A program made the translations under genes and the position numbers. Under the pieces are notes generated by a model, which ran no database searches, was not told where the DNA came from, and was given only the letters and a program-made list of their open reading frames with translations. 64,000 nt of DNA from a virus. Shown one piece after another: positions 1 to 8,406 of this stretch; within the stretch, counting starts at the first letter, position 1; each line of letters starts with the position of its first letter. The stretch lies in IMG/VR virus record IMGVR_UViG_3300044981_000204, positions 1 to 64,000 of that record, one strand, 5' to 3'.

Positions 1-360
1 CTCCTTCCTCAGCTGGTACTTGCGCCCAGCCTTGACCGAGCGGACCCCCTGGACAGGGGGTTTGCCTAGCTCAGCTTCGACGAGGCCCAACGCGTCCGGC
101 GCCCAGCAGGCGAGGTCCTTGGCGCCGCAATCGTAACACCACCACGTGAAGCCGCTAAACTGTGGGTCATAGGCTCGATAGATATTTAGCCCGGTGAGGT
201 AGCGCAAAACAAACCCACCGGACTTCGTCTCCACCTCCTCGGTAATTGCACAAAAGGCGCAGCCCTTGAACACTGAGCCGCACCGGTATCCCACCTTGGA
301 CAGCGCCAAAGCCTGTCGCCGCGGGGAAGACTCCTTCATCGCGGCTTGTAGTCTGGTCAT
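1..360 (-). CDS. Hypothetical early protein, 3' end outside window; paralog of 2729-3148 and 1206-1745
   Basis: Translated by hand: open for 120 codons from ATG 360, which overlaps the stop of the previous gene (ATGA). Ends ...PPVQGVRSVKAGRKYQLRKE, matching PPVQGAVKK...RKYVLL of 2729-3148. Confidence 0.75.
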   Translation of the reverse strand, partial: MTRLQAAMKESSPRRQALALSKVGYRCGSVFKGCAFCAITEEVETKSGGFVLRYLTGLNIYRAYDPQFSGFTWWCYDCGAKDLACWAPDALGLVEAELGKPPVQGVRSVKAGRKYQLRKE

Positions 361-680
361 TTTACCTCCTCACCTAACTTCGCGATCTGCCTCGGCACAT
401 CGCCGCTGTAGTCCCACAGCCCAAAGCCGGGATCCTCACCATAGGTGAGCCACCCCTCATCGCTGTTGTGGGCCATGGTCTCAACGTGCAGCTCACTCTG
501 CAGCGTCACAATTAGCCTTGCTCGCTCGCCTCCTGGCCAATCTAGTTTGTCGACGACCTCGTTCCATAAGTCGCTGGGGAACTTGCCATCCTCGAATTGA
601 ACGTCAAGGTCGAACTCCTCCTTTCCCTTCATAACTTCTACATCATTTTCATCAAACACCAGATAATTTACCTTCAACAT
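357..680 (-). CDS. Hypothetical acidic protein
   Basis: ORF 357-761; likely start is ATG 680 (MLKVNY) after AAGGAAGG; coupled to the next gene. Confidence 0.7.
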   Translation of the reverse strand: MLKVNYLVFDENDVEVMKGKEEFDLDVQFEDGKFPSDLWNEVVDKLDWPGGERARLIVTLQSELHVETMAHNSDEGWLTYGEDPGFGLWDYSGDVPRQIAKLGEEVK

Positions 681-763
681 ATCCTTCCTTCTAGCCTGAT
701 CTTCAACCCGCGGAGGCCATCCCGCGGGGACGGGGCGACTAGCGCGCTCGCCCCGTTTCACTG

Positions 764-1195
764 CTAGTTGTCTTCTTCCTCACCTCCATGTAGATCGTCG
801 TACACCGCGCCGCCAAACTTCCCGGTTGCCTTGAGCTCGGCGATGACTGCTTGGTCGCAGCCGTGACAACTGTACTCATCGATTAAGTCAGCATCGATGA
901 GGTCCCCCAACAAGCCCTGCGCATGGTCGTACTCCAGTCCATCATACATGAAGTTGTTGACGGCGAACTCCTTGAGGAAGACCTGGTCGTTGAGGATCTT
1001 CTCACGCAGCTCGTCGCTGATCAAGCGCTCCGGTTCCTCGACAACGTTGAAGGTCTCCTTTGCGACGTCGACCACTGCAGCAGTAAATGTGCTGCAGTGA
1101 GCATTGAGCGAAGGATCTCGCCTCAGCGCCTCCCAAACGTCCTCGGCCAACTTCTCGACGTGGACGCGCCAAATAGTCTGCTTCTTGTTTTCCAT
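764..1195 (-). CDS. Hypothetical acidic protein
   Basis: 143-aa ORF with AAGGAG SD, within the leftward operon. Confidence 0.75.
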   Translation of the reverse strand: MENKKQTIWRVHVEKLAEDVWEALRRDPSLNAHCSTFTAAVVDVAKETFNVVEEPERLISDELREKILNDQVFLKEFAVNNFMYDGLEYDHAQGLLGDLIDADLIDEYSCHGCDQAVIAELKATGKFGGAVYDDLHGGEEEDN

Positions 1196-1205
1196 GGCTT
1201 CTCCT

Positions 1206-1745
1206 TTAGCTGTTGACTCGCTCGATGTTGCCGTGCGCCTCGAGCCCGCGGCTGTGCTTCCCCTTGTAGTACTCCCAGATCCGAACGCCGCCCTGCCTCG
1301 TGGCCAGGACCCTCTCGTTCGCGACCATCATCTTGTGGATGTCCTCCTCGGCGACGACCTCACCGACTCGGACGTGCGCGCCCAAGATCTGGACGATGGT
1401 GTGCACCTGCGGAGTCGCACACCACCTGACCTCTGTGCTGAGCAGGCGGTACTTCGCCGTGCTTACCCGCTTCTCGACGACGGTCGGCGGAGGAACCCCC
1501 CTCACCGCCCCAGCCTCGACCAGCAGCTCCTCCAGCTGCCTCCTGGCCTCAGCGAGCTCAGCGCTGGGCGCCAGCTTGCGCAGCCTTGGCACGTTCCTCT
1601 TCATGGTCGCGACCACGTCGGGGTCGTCGGCGTAGGCCCTGTTCTCCTCGCTCGCGAGCAGGTCGCACGCGATCGCCTTGAACTCCGCGCAGGACTCGGC
1701 CTCGCCGAACTCCGCGATGATTGCTTGCTTTCTTTCTTGATTCAC
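1206..1745 (-). CDS. Hypothetical early protein (KY-LL...PQ...YY-G paralog family)
   Basis: 179-aa ORF; start overlaps the stop of 1742-1990; C-terminal half resembles 2729-3148. Confidence 0.75.
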   Translation of the reverse strand: MNQERKQAIIAEFGEAESCAEFKAIACDLLASEENRAYADDPDVVATMKRNVPRLRKLAPSAELAEARRQLEELLVEAGAVRGVPPPTVVEKRVSTAKYRLLSTEVRWCATPQVHTIVQILGAHVRVGEVVAEEDIHKMMVANERVLATRQGGVRIWEYYKGKHSRGLEAHGNIERVNS

Positions 1746-1990
1746 TTGGTCATCCTTTCTAGTCTTCGAATTTGGTAGAAGGCTTCCCTAGCACTGCTGC
1801 CGCAGAAGGCCTCCTCTGCACTAAATGATGAGCACACCTTCGGCCTCTCAGGTCGACCGAACAGTGAGCAAAGTCCATTGGTCAAGTTCACGCACCGAAC
1901 GCCGGCAGGTTTCCCTGCCGGCATCCCAGGTATGGGTGAGCTGATCGAGATCGCGACACAGCAAGCACCGCACCCAGTCCTGCAGTCCAT
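1742..1990 (-). CDS. yeiW: YkgJ/YeiW (UPF0153) cysteine-cluster, putative Fe-S/Zn-binding protein
   Basis: [27 protein letters not shown]...C...RPKVC...CG matches the E. coli YeiW pattern as recalled. Confidence 0.85.
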   Translation of the reverse strand: [82 protein letters not shown]

Positions 1991-1992
1991 GG

Positions 1993-2184
1993 CTACCTCG
2001 CTATCACCACCAGCGCATCATACAGCTGGTCCATCTCAACCTGCGTGCTCCTCGGGTACGACGCACAGCCGCGGATCGACTCCTCGCGCCGCCGGTACTC
2101 GTCGACCAGCGCCTTGGCATATGCAGGAACCTCCCGCTCGCCGCGGATGTACTCAACAACTACGGTCTCTCTGTCATTCTGCAT
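1993..2184 (-). CDS. Hypothetical protein
   Basis: 63-aa ORF with AAGGAG SD, downstream of the repeated leader element. Confidence 0.7.
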   Translation of the reverse strand: MQNDRETVVVEYIRGEREVPAYAKALVDEYRRREESIRGCASYPRSTQVEMDQLYDALVVIAR

Positions 2185-2212
2185 TTGGTTTGTTCTCCTT
2201 AAGACTGTTGAA

Positions 2213-2290
2213 GGAGGGCAGACTAGCGCTCTCCGCCCTCCGTTGGTCGCTCATTCGCCCCACCCATGGTCTCCCATCGAGCAGCGAGGG
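2213..2290 (-). repeat. Repeated early leader/promoter element, copy 1 (core CACCCATGGTCTCCCATCGAGCAGCGAGGG plus GGAGGGC/GCCCTCC hairpin)
   Basis: The 30-nt core at 2261-2290 is identical to 2522-2551; its first 19 nt recur at 3776-3794. Confidence 0.85.
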
Positions 2291-2303
2291 ACTAACATGT
2301 CGA

Positions 2304-2447
2304 CTAATTTTCTTCTATCAAATAGTCAACATTCTCAATTGCTGGACTTAATCCAGCGACGTCGACTAGAACCTTTATGATTGATTCAAACCCTTCTTTC
2401 GACAACTCCGGGGACTTGTCTAAGTAGACTGTGATAGTTGCTTTCAT
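2304..2447 (-). CDS. Small hypothetical protein (47 aa, MKATITVYLDKSPELSKEG...)
   Basis: Translated by hand; AGGAG SD; fills the space between repeat copies 1 and 2. Confidence 0.65.
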   Translation of the reverse strand: MKATITVYLDKSPELSKEGFESIIKVLVDVAGLSPAIENVDYLIEEN

Positions 2448-2472
2448 TTTGCTTTTCTCCTATTTAGTTATG

Positions 2473-2551
2473 GGAGGACGAGTGTCGCTCTTTAGCCCTC
2501 CATCGATTTGCTGTTTGCCCACACCCATGGTCTCCCATCGAGCAGCGAGGG
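2473..2551 (-). repeat. Repeated early leader/promoter element, copy 2
   Basis: Same core as copy 1 and a similar hairpin with one mismatch. Confidence 0.85.
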
Positions 2552-2565
2552 GCTTTTCCGCATAG

Positions 2566-2709
2566 CTAGTTCAGTTGCTCTAGTGCTTCCTTGCACTCGA
2601 AGAGTTGCTGCTGGACCCAGTCACAGTCGACCGGCTCCTCATTGTCCCTCGCAGAACCTACGTGGATCCAGACATCCCACATCTTGTCGATGATCTGTTG
2701 CTTGTTCAT
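2566..2709 (-). CDS. Small hypothetical protein (47 aa)
   Basis: Start MNKQQII at 2709 after AAAGGAG SD. Confidence 0.65.
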   Translation of the reverse strand: MNKQQIIDKMWDVWIHVGSARDNEEPVDCDWVQQQLFECKEALEQLN

Positions 2710-2728
2710 TATTTCTCCTTTTTCTTCG

Positions 2729-3148
2729 TTAACCCTTGATGAAGTTCCGCGCGACGAACCCTGCTCGCACCCCATCGTTCTTCAACCCCCTGTAGTACCT
2801 AAACACGTACGTGGGGTCCTGCTTGCTCTTGCAGAGGCTGGGGTACTCGCCGCTACCATCCACCAGCATGGCGAAGACCTCCGGCTCAGCGTACTCGCGG
2901 TTGAGCTCCATGCCCTTGCTGAGTATCGCCGCGACGTCGGCCTGCTGCTGCGGAACCTTGCCCCAGGACTGCATCGACTTCGCGAGGAGGACGTACTTCC
3001 TAGTTGGGTCCGCCTTGCCTGGGCGCTGGTTCTTCTTGACCGCCCCCTGGACAGGGGGGTTGGCTTGGTCCTGCTCCTTGGTGAGCTCGGCGAGCTGCTT
3101 GCGCAGCAGGGCGAGCTGGACGTCTTCTACCTGCTCTATGTTGATCAT
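2729..3148 (-). CDS. Hypothetical early protein (paralog family)
   Basis: 139-aa ORF, AAGGAG SD; PPVQG...RKYVLL...W...PQQ...VFRYYRG. Confidence 0.78.
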   Translation of the reverse strand: MINIEQVEDVQLALLRKQLAELTKEQDQANPPVQGAVKKNQRPGKADPTRKYVLLAKSMQSWGKVPQQQADVAAILSKGMELNREYAEPEVFAMLVDGSGEYPSLCKSKQDPTYVFRYYRGLKNDGVRAGFVARNFIKG

Positions 3149-3149
3149 G

Positions 3150-3389
3150 CTAGTTCTCCTTTGCTTCTTTCATCAGTTTCTCATGCAACACCTTGAAGAA
3201 GTACTTGCCGCCGAGTGGCGCCGCAATCCCTCCCCTCAGCAGCTCCGCCTCCTCGCAAGCCGCCATGTAGGTGAACGACCTGCCGAAGTAGTCCAGCCAC
3301 TGCTGCCTGACCACCTTCCCGTCGACCGACGTGAGGCAGTAGGCGACGCGGAAGCGGGCCTTCTTGACGAGCTCACTCTTTTGGCTCAT
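3150..3389 (-). CDS. Hypothetical protein
   Basis: 79-aa ORF, AAGGAGG SD, ATGA coupling. Confidence 0.7.
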   Translation of the reverse strand: MSQKSELVKKARFRVAYCLTSVDGKVVRQQWLDYFGRSFTYMAACEEAELLRGGIAAPLGGKYFFKVLHEKLMKEAKEN

Positions 3390-3589
3390 ACAGCCTCCTT
3401 CTTACTATTGTACTCCATGCTGCCGACGAATGACACGGAATAGCCAGTTGCCATGTCCACTCTGATGCCTGCCGGGCCCTTCAGCCTCGGCCAAGAGACG
3501 GGCTTGCGGCGGAGTTTGTATCCTGAGCGGCGGAGGGCGTCTGCCATCGCACTGCTCTTTACTGTTGAGTTGATTCCTACTAAGCTCAT
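3386..3589 (-). CDS. Hypothetical basic protein
   Basis: Likely start MSLVGIN at 3589 (AAGGAG SD, ATGA overlap). Confidence 0.65.
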   Translation of the reverse strand: MSLVGINSTVKSSAMADALRRSGYKLRRKPVSWPRLKGPAGIRVDMATGYSVSFVGSMEYNSKKEAV

Positions 3590-3744
3590 GCGTTCTCCTT
3601 CTTCTGCAATACCACTAGTCCAATCACCAGGACGAGTACGACCGCGCCCACGGCGCGCCACTCCTCGCCAAAGCCAACACTCTTGGGCGCGAAGGTCAGG
3701 ACCAAGCCCAACACGGCGCCGACAGCTGCTGTTAACATAGTCAT
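3586..3744 (-). CDS. Small two-TM membrane protein
   Basis: MTMLTAAVGAVLGLVL...AVGAVVLVLVIGLVVL; AAAGGAG SD after repeat copy 3. Confidence 0.65.
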   Translation of the reverse strand: MTMLTAAVGAVLGLVLTFAPKSVGFGEEWRAVGAVVLVLVIGLVVLQKKENA

Positions 3745-3775
3745 GTTCGTTTCTCCTTTATTGATCAGAGGGCCC

Positions 3776-3803
3776 CACCCATGGTCTCCCATCGCGCGCG
3801 AGG
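3776..3803 (-). repeat. Repeated early leader/promoter element, copy 3
   Basis: CACCCATGGTCTCCCATCG-CGCGCGAGG. Confidence 0.8.
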
Positions 3804-3815
3804 AGCCCCTCGGTC

Positions 3816-3959
3816 CTACCTTACCTCGAACCACCACAGCACGACCCTCGCGTTCAGCACGATGGCCATGACCACGTTGTTGTTCCGCAGTTTCTCGATC
3901 GCGCGAGTCAGGGACATCTTTCCCACGACCGCACCATTCTCCAACTTCAGTGAGTACAT
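3816..3959 (-). CDS. Small hypothetical protein (47 aa, MYSLKLENGAVVGK...)
   Basis: Translated by hand; AAAGGAG SD; first gene of the leftward block. Confidence 0.6.
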   Translation of the reverse strand: MYSLKLENGAVVGKMSLTRAIEKLRNNNVVMAIVLNARVVLWWFEVR

Positions 3960-4018
3960 TCGAATTCTCCTTTAGGTTCATCAGCAAAACTTCACACGCG
4001 AGTCGGCACGCGGCCTCA

Positions 4019-4040
4019 GCATGGTCAGGGATGACCATGC
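4019..4040. promoter_or_regulatory. Perfect 9-bp inverted repeat GCATGGTCA-GGGA-TGACCATGC (candidate operator)
   Basis: Seen directly upstream of the leftward operon; function is inferred. Confidence 0.45.
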
Positions 4041-4763
4041 AGGGGGTCAGGTGTGTAAGATTGTGTAAAGAATCGCCTCAGCCCTGCGAACGCTTATGGG
4101 GCGAATAAAGGAAGATCTGATTTGTAAATTTGGGTAAACTATATCGGGGGTTGTGGTTGCTATATATAATCGCGCGCGTCACGCCCGAGCGTATATTATG
4201 TGTACGGAGAAAAAACGAAGACAAGAACAAGACGCGAGGGATTGACCCCCTGTTAAAGTGTGATTTTCTATGTTTTCAACAAGTTATTTGTAAGATATTG
4301 AGGCTTTATTGGATGTTGGAAAGAGTCAAGTCGTTTTTTTTCTTAAACATAGGTGCGCGTACGATTGGGGGATTGGACTATTGACTCCCTCGACCGGATT
4401 TTAGAAAAAATCCTATAAAACTCTTCGAATCAATACGCCAATAAACTGATTTCTAACTTGTTGGAATTGTTGAGCTCGACACTGCGCTTGAACCAATTTT
4501 TCGGCAATACTTGCCAATATTGGAAGCGTCCAAGTTGTTGAACCGAAAGAACAAGGCACTTGAACCGATCCAATATCGTATTCGCTTGTGCGAGGTTGTT
4601 CTGTGTTTTGGGGACGATGCGCGATGGAGGGAACTGCTCTTGTCGCACCAGGACCATACTATCCCCTGTTGAGCCCAAAGTAAACGACAACGTTCCCAAC
4701 TAGTCGCTCGTTGGAGCCCCGCGTTCCCGACTTAGCCGACCTTGCCCATGCTACGATGGTGGG

Positions 4764-4958
4764 GTGACAGCACACCCCACCCCCTTCGCCTGCCCGTGCT
4801 GTCGCGGTCCCCTCGAGCAGCTCGGCGACGTCGTCGTCCCAAGTGTCGAAGACCCCGAGGTGTGGGTCCCGTCGAACCTCTACCGCTGTCAGGACTGTCC
4901 GTTCGGGAAGAACCGCTATCGCCTCGACGACCGAGGGAAACTGGTGGCCGTAATTTGA
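4764..4958 (+). CDS. Small Zn-ribbon-like protein (CPCC...CQDC)
   Basis: 64 aa; TACGAT -10 box lies 6 nt before the GTG start. Confidence 0.6.
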   Translation: MTAHPTPFACPCCRGPLEQLGDVVVPSVEDPEVWVPSNLYRCQDCPFGKNRYRLDDRGKLVAVI

Positions 4959-4996
4959 CCGATGTTGGCGAACGGTCGCGTGGTACTATGGCCTTC

Positions 4997-5161
4997 GTGA
5001 AGAAGGTCGACCCATCTATTCGATGCGCCTACTGCGGCGGCCCGCACGACGAGGAGGTGTGCCCGAAGACCTGGCCTGGGTCGGTCGCTAGGCGCGACCT
5101 GAGGTGCTCGTATTGCGGCTCGAGGGAGCACGACTACGAGGACTGTCCCAAGCACGCGTAG
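4997..5161 (+). CDS. Small tandem CCHC zinc-knuckle protein
   Basis: CAYCGGPHDEEVC and CSYCGSREHDYEDC; start is GTG 4997 (7 nt after TACTAT) or ATG 4988. Confidence 0.7.
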   Translation: MKKVDPSIRCAYCGGPHDEEVCPKTWPGSVARRDLRCSYCGSREHDYEDCPKHA

Positions 5162-5223
5162 GCAACTTATCCACGCCGTCGCGCGCCCTCCCGTGGTACT
5201 ATATTGCTGGGAGGAACCAACCA

Positions 5224-5499
5224 ATGTCTTGGAGCGTGGGAGCCGTGGGGCGGACGCCAGCCGTGGCGGATGACCTAGTTAGGCAGTTGAACCAGTACAA
5301 GTGCAGCGAACCGGAGGAATCAGTCAAGCAGGCGGCCGGCGCAACCCTGGCGGCGGCCCTGGCCGCGCAGGAGCCGGGGACGGTGGTGAAGGTGCTGGCG
5401 TCGGGAAGCCAGAGCCAGTACCAGGGGAAGGACGGTTCGCCAGTCTATAAGAACCAGCTCAGCCTCTCAGTCGAACCCCTATACAACTTCATCGAGTAG
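5224..5499 (+). CDS. Hypothetical protein
   Basis: GGAGG SD before ATG 5224; upstream TACTAT at 5197. Confidence 0.7.
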   Translation: MSWSVGAVGRTPAVADDLVRQLNQYKCSEPEESVKQAAGATLAAALAAQEPGTVVKVLASGSQSQYQGKDGSPVYKNQLSLSVEPLYNFIE

Positions 5500-5558
5500 G
5501 CCCTGCGTCCCGAAGATTTCTCCGACATCGCTACTAGATCCCATGGTATGATCATATC

Positions 5559-6059
5559 ATGCTACTGGTAAAGACGACGGCCTTGGCGAGGCTTGTCCTC
5601 GTCGGGACTTTTTCGTGGGTTTTTCTATGGTCGGAATCCCCAAAACCTTCAGCGGGTCCAACATACGTCAGGGCCACCGTCGCGGACCTGTTGGTTCTAC
5701 AGGCAGCCCTGCCCGTGCTGGACCAGGTTGAGGCGCCAACATTTAGGGCGGCCCAAAGGATCGCGCAGTTCAAGGCGGCCGCGACCGCCGCCATAGCTGC
5801 CGCCAACAAGGCGAAGATGGACCTGTTCAAGAAGTGGGGAAAGGACGACGGCAGGGGAAATATCCAGGTTCCGCCGGAGAAGATGGACGAGTTCCAGCCG
5901 GCGCTCCAAAAACTCCTATCGGAGCGGGTGGACGTTCAGCTGGAGCCCTTGCCGGTGTCGCTCCTGGACGGGATGACGAAGGTGCGCGTTGAGCTGGCGA
6001 CCGTGCTCGCGCCCTTCCTCGTAGACGACGCCAAGGCCCCCGCTGCGCCCGTCAAGTGA
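5559..6059 (+). CDS. Hypothetical protein (helical C-terminal part)
   Basis: 166-aa ORF; TATGAT lies 6 nt before the ATG. Confidence 0.65.
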   Translation: MLLVKTTALARLVLVGTFSWVFLWSESPKPSAGPTYVRATVADLLVLQAALPVLDQVEAPTFRAAQRIAQFKAAATAAIAAANKAKMDLFKKWGKDDGRGNIQVPPEKMDEFQPALQKLLSERVDVQLEPLPVSLLDGMTKVRVELATVLAPFLVDDAKAPAAPVK

Positions 6060-6123
6060 CCTAGGAAATTTTGGGAAAAATTTTTCCGAGCGCAGTTGGG
6101 TCGATCGATGGTACAATGGTCGC

Positions 6124-6852
6124 ATGCGTGAACTAGATAGGCGGTCGCTGTTGATGATGTCTATGGGGCTTCCCGTCGCCATATCTTCTGCTGTTCCAAA
6201 TGACTACCCGAGCCTTGGCGGTTCGGTCGGCTTCGCCGGCTACGCTCTTGGCGCTGTGCGGCGTCCCTCGTCGCTGGTTGAGGTGGACGGCTCGGTCGAG
6301 GTCGCGGAGCGGTCGGAAGATGGCGCAGTAGTAGGTCCTGGGCCCGAGCTTGCCGGTTTTAGGCCCGATCTCGCCCACCCGATCATATTAGACGTGGAGG
6401 CGCTCGTCCGGACGATCGCCGAAGAGGCGTCGATCGCGCTCATGGAGGGGCTGCAGGGGGAGTGCCCCCTAGTGCGGCCGAACTTCTGGTGCGTTGCTAG
6501 GCGAGGGGACCGGGTCTGGGTTGATCTTCCAGACGGCCCTTGCGCTGTGCCGCTCGACCGCTCCATCGTCGCCAGGGTCCGCCTGCGCGACGGCCTCAAG
6601 CTGTTCGACCGGGCGTACCGGTCGCTCGTTTGCGGACCCGCCCATCAGGCGCTGGTCAACTACGTGGCCAAGGTCCTCCGCGGGTCCATCGCGTGCGTGT
6701 CCGCTAGTCAACAGGTTCCCCTTGTTGGGGCAGTGGGCGCCGTGTCGTCGCCGGTCGGCTCCCCGTGGAGGGTCCGCGCGGTGCTGTACTATGATCCTGA
6801 AACCCTAACTCAGCGGCTTGACTTCGATCTGCTGCTGGGGGTGCTGTCGTGA
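6124..6852 (+). CDS. Hypothetical protein with twin-arginine-like N-terminus (DRRSLL)
   Basis: 242-aa ORF; TACAAT lies 6 nt before the ATG. Confidence 0.65.
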   Translation: MRELDRRSLLMMSMGLPVAISSAVPNDYPSLGGSVGFAGYALGAVRRPSSLVEVDGSVEVAERSEDGAVVGPGPELAGFRPDLAHPIILDVEALVRTIAEEASIALMEGLQGECPLVRPNFWCVARRGDRVWVDLPDGPCAVPLDRSIVARVRLRDGLKLFDRAYRSLVCGPAHQALVNYVAKVLRGSIACVSASQQVPLVGAVGAVSSPVGSPWRVRAVLYYDPETLTQRLDFDLLLGVLS

Positions 6853-7046
6853 TGGTGGGCGACGTCCTCGTCACCGCGTCCAAGAAGCAGTTCAGGGTCG
6901 TTGAATCGCAGCTCGTCGTCGAGGGCCAGGACTCCGAGGTCTTCGAAAAGTTGGAGGGGTCAGGTGCCACGGTGGGGGCGTTCGTCAGCGTGTTGCTGAG
7001 GGGGACTGGTTTCGTGGGGACCATTCGGTTCAAGAGGCTGGAGTAA
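6849..7046 (+). CDS. Hypothetical protein
   Basis: 65 aa; GTGA overlap with the previous gene. Confidence 0.55.
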   Translation: MMVGDVLVTASKKQFRVVESQLVVEGQDSEVFEKLEGSGATVGAFVSVLLRGTGFVGTIRFKRLE

Positions 7047-7056
7047 CGATCGTTGG

Positions 7057-7395
7057 TTGGGGTGTCCGTTGTTGGTTGGTTGGAAAAAATTCAAGCAGCT
7101 GGAGGCGAAGGTGGACGCTAACGCGCAAGCATTGGCCGCGGTGCAGTCCGCGGTGGCGAAGTACTCGGGGGACGTGGGTAAGCTGTTGTCCGACGTAAAG
7201 GACGCCCTGGCAAGGGCCCAGGCGTCGTTGGACTCGCTTAAGGCCCAGATAGCTGCCGGTAGTTCTGACGTGTCGGGGCCGCTCAACGAACTGGCTCAGG
7301 CGCTGGGACAGGCCGATTCTGCCGCGACTACCGCGGACTCGACCGTGGTGGCGTTCGACGTGCCTCCCGCGGCACCCGCGCCGGTCCCAGCTTAG
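7057..7395 (+). CDS. Ala-rich coiled-coil protein
   Basis: Heptad-like sequence with a Pro-rich tail; start uncertain. Confidence 0.65.
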   Translation: MGCPLLVGWKKFKQLEAKVDANAQALAAVQSAVAKYSGDVGKLLSDVKDALARAQASLDSLKAQIAAGSSDVSGPLNELAQALGQADSAATTADSTVVAFDVPPAAPAPVPA

Positions 7396-7403
7396 GGACC
7401 ACC

Positions 7404-7640
7404 ATGAAGAAGTTGACGATGATGGAGTTTCGCAAACAACCCGGCGAACGGATTACCGACATAGTTCGCAACGGCGACTCGTTTCTTATCACGAAACAAG
7501 GAAAACCTGTCGCCATCCTTGCGCCTCCTCAACTGCTCAAGGACTTGGATGAGCGAGAATGCGTCATCCGTTCAGATGGGAGTTTTTCGGGCGGCGTCCC
7601 CCTCACCTTTAGGCGAAACCTTGGGGAGGGCGGGTACTAG
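7404..7640 (+). CDS. Phd/YefM-family antitoxin-like DNA-binding protein (no adjacent toxin)
   Basis: MKKLTMMEFRKQPGE-I--IV-NGDSFLITKQGKPVAIL fits the Phd N-terminal signature. Confidence 0.75.
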   Translation: MKKLTMMEFRKQPGERITDIVRNGDSFLITKQGKPVAILAPPQLLKDLDERECVIRSDGSFSGGVPLTFRRNLGEGGY

Positions 7641-8347
7641 TGGCTACCTTCGACCGTGACCAGTGCGTCAGGGAGCTCCTTCCCCTCGCCATGGCAGCGT
7701 ACTCGTTGGACCCCGGGTCGCAGCTTCCCTCGGGCTGGGGGTTGGTCTCAACAATTCAGCCCGACAACTTTGGGTTCATCGCCTCGAGGGTTGATGGGTC
7801 GGCCGGGTGCGCCTCTTTTAGGGGAACTAGGCAGCTGGACGAGTGGCTGGAGGACGCCGACTTCATCCCCACAGACTTCCTCTACGGCCCAGGCATCGTG
7901 CACTCCGGGTTCCAGGAGGCGTATGAGAAGGTGAGGCAGAGCGCCATGTCGGGCGTCGCATCGTTGTCGAAGGCTGCCGAACTTTGGGTGGTCGGGCACT
8001 CCCTAGGCGGCGCCCTAGCTCAGCTGCTTGCGGCAGAGCTGACGAGGGCCAGGACATGGACCTTCGCTTCCCCTCGGGCCGGCAAGGCGTCTTTCGCCGG
8101 GCAGTTCGCGAACCGCGAAGTCTGGAGGATCGCCAACGACCTGGACGTGGTGCCGCACCAGCCGAACACCTTCCTTGGGTATGCGGACGTTGGCAGCACT
8201 GTCCTGGTGCACCATTCCCCCACTCCCGAAGACGTTGCCAAGCTGTCTGGCCACCACGCAGCGTGGCTATCGGCCGTGCACTCGCTGGAGATCTCGTACC
8301 TCCCGGGCCTCCTTGCCTGGGGCGGCGCGCCCACGCCGGGCGCCTAG
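7640..8347 (+). CDS. Lipase class 3 (alpha/beta hydrolase)
   Basis: SFRGT...EWLED, VHSGF, GHSLGGALA nucleophile elbow, TFASPRAG, NDLDVVP and a C-terminal His. Confidence 0.9.
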   Translation: MATFDRDQCVRELLPLAMAAYSLDPGSQLPSGWGLVSTIQPDNFGFIASRVDGSAGCASFRGTRQLDEWLEDADFIPTDFLYGPGIVHSGFQEAYEKVRQSAMSGVASLSKAAELWVVGHSLGGALAQLLAAELTRARTWTFASPRAGKASFAGQFANREVWRIANDLDVVPHQPNTFLGYADVGSTVLVHHSPTPEDVAKLSGHHAAWLSAVHSLEISYLPGLLAWGGAPTPGA

Positions 8348-8406
8348 CGCGGTCGGGCAACTTCCCAGTGTACTCGCGGTCCCGCCGCGCCGTACTATGG
8401 TAGTCG

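Noticed and set aside
2213-3803. CRISPR array
   Set aside because: Only three copies, irregularly spaced and separated by whole genes; no cas genes.
4130-4699. ORFs 4130-4384 (+) and 4430-4699 (-)
   Set aside because: TTG starts, no SD and atypical composition; probably non-coding.
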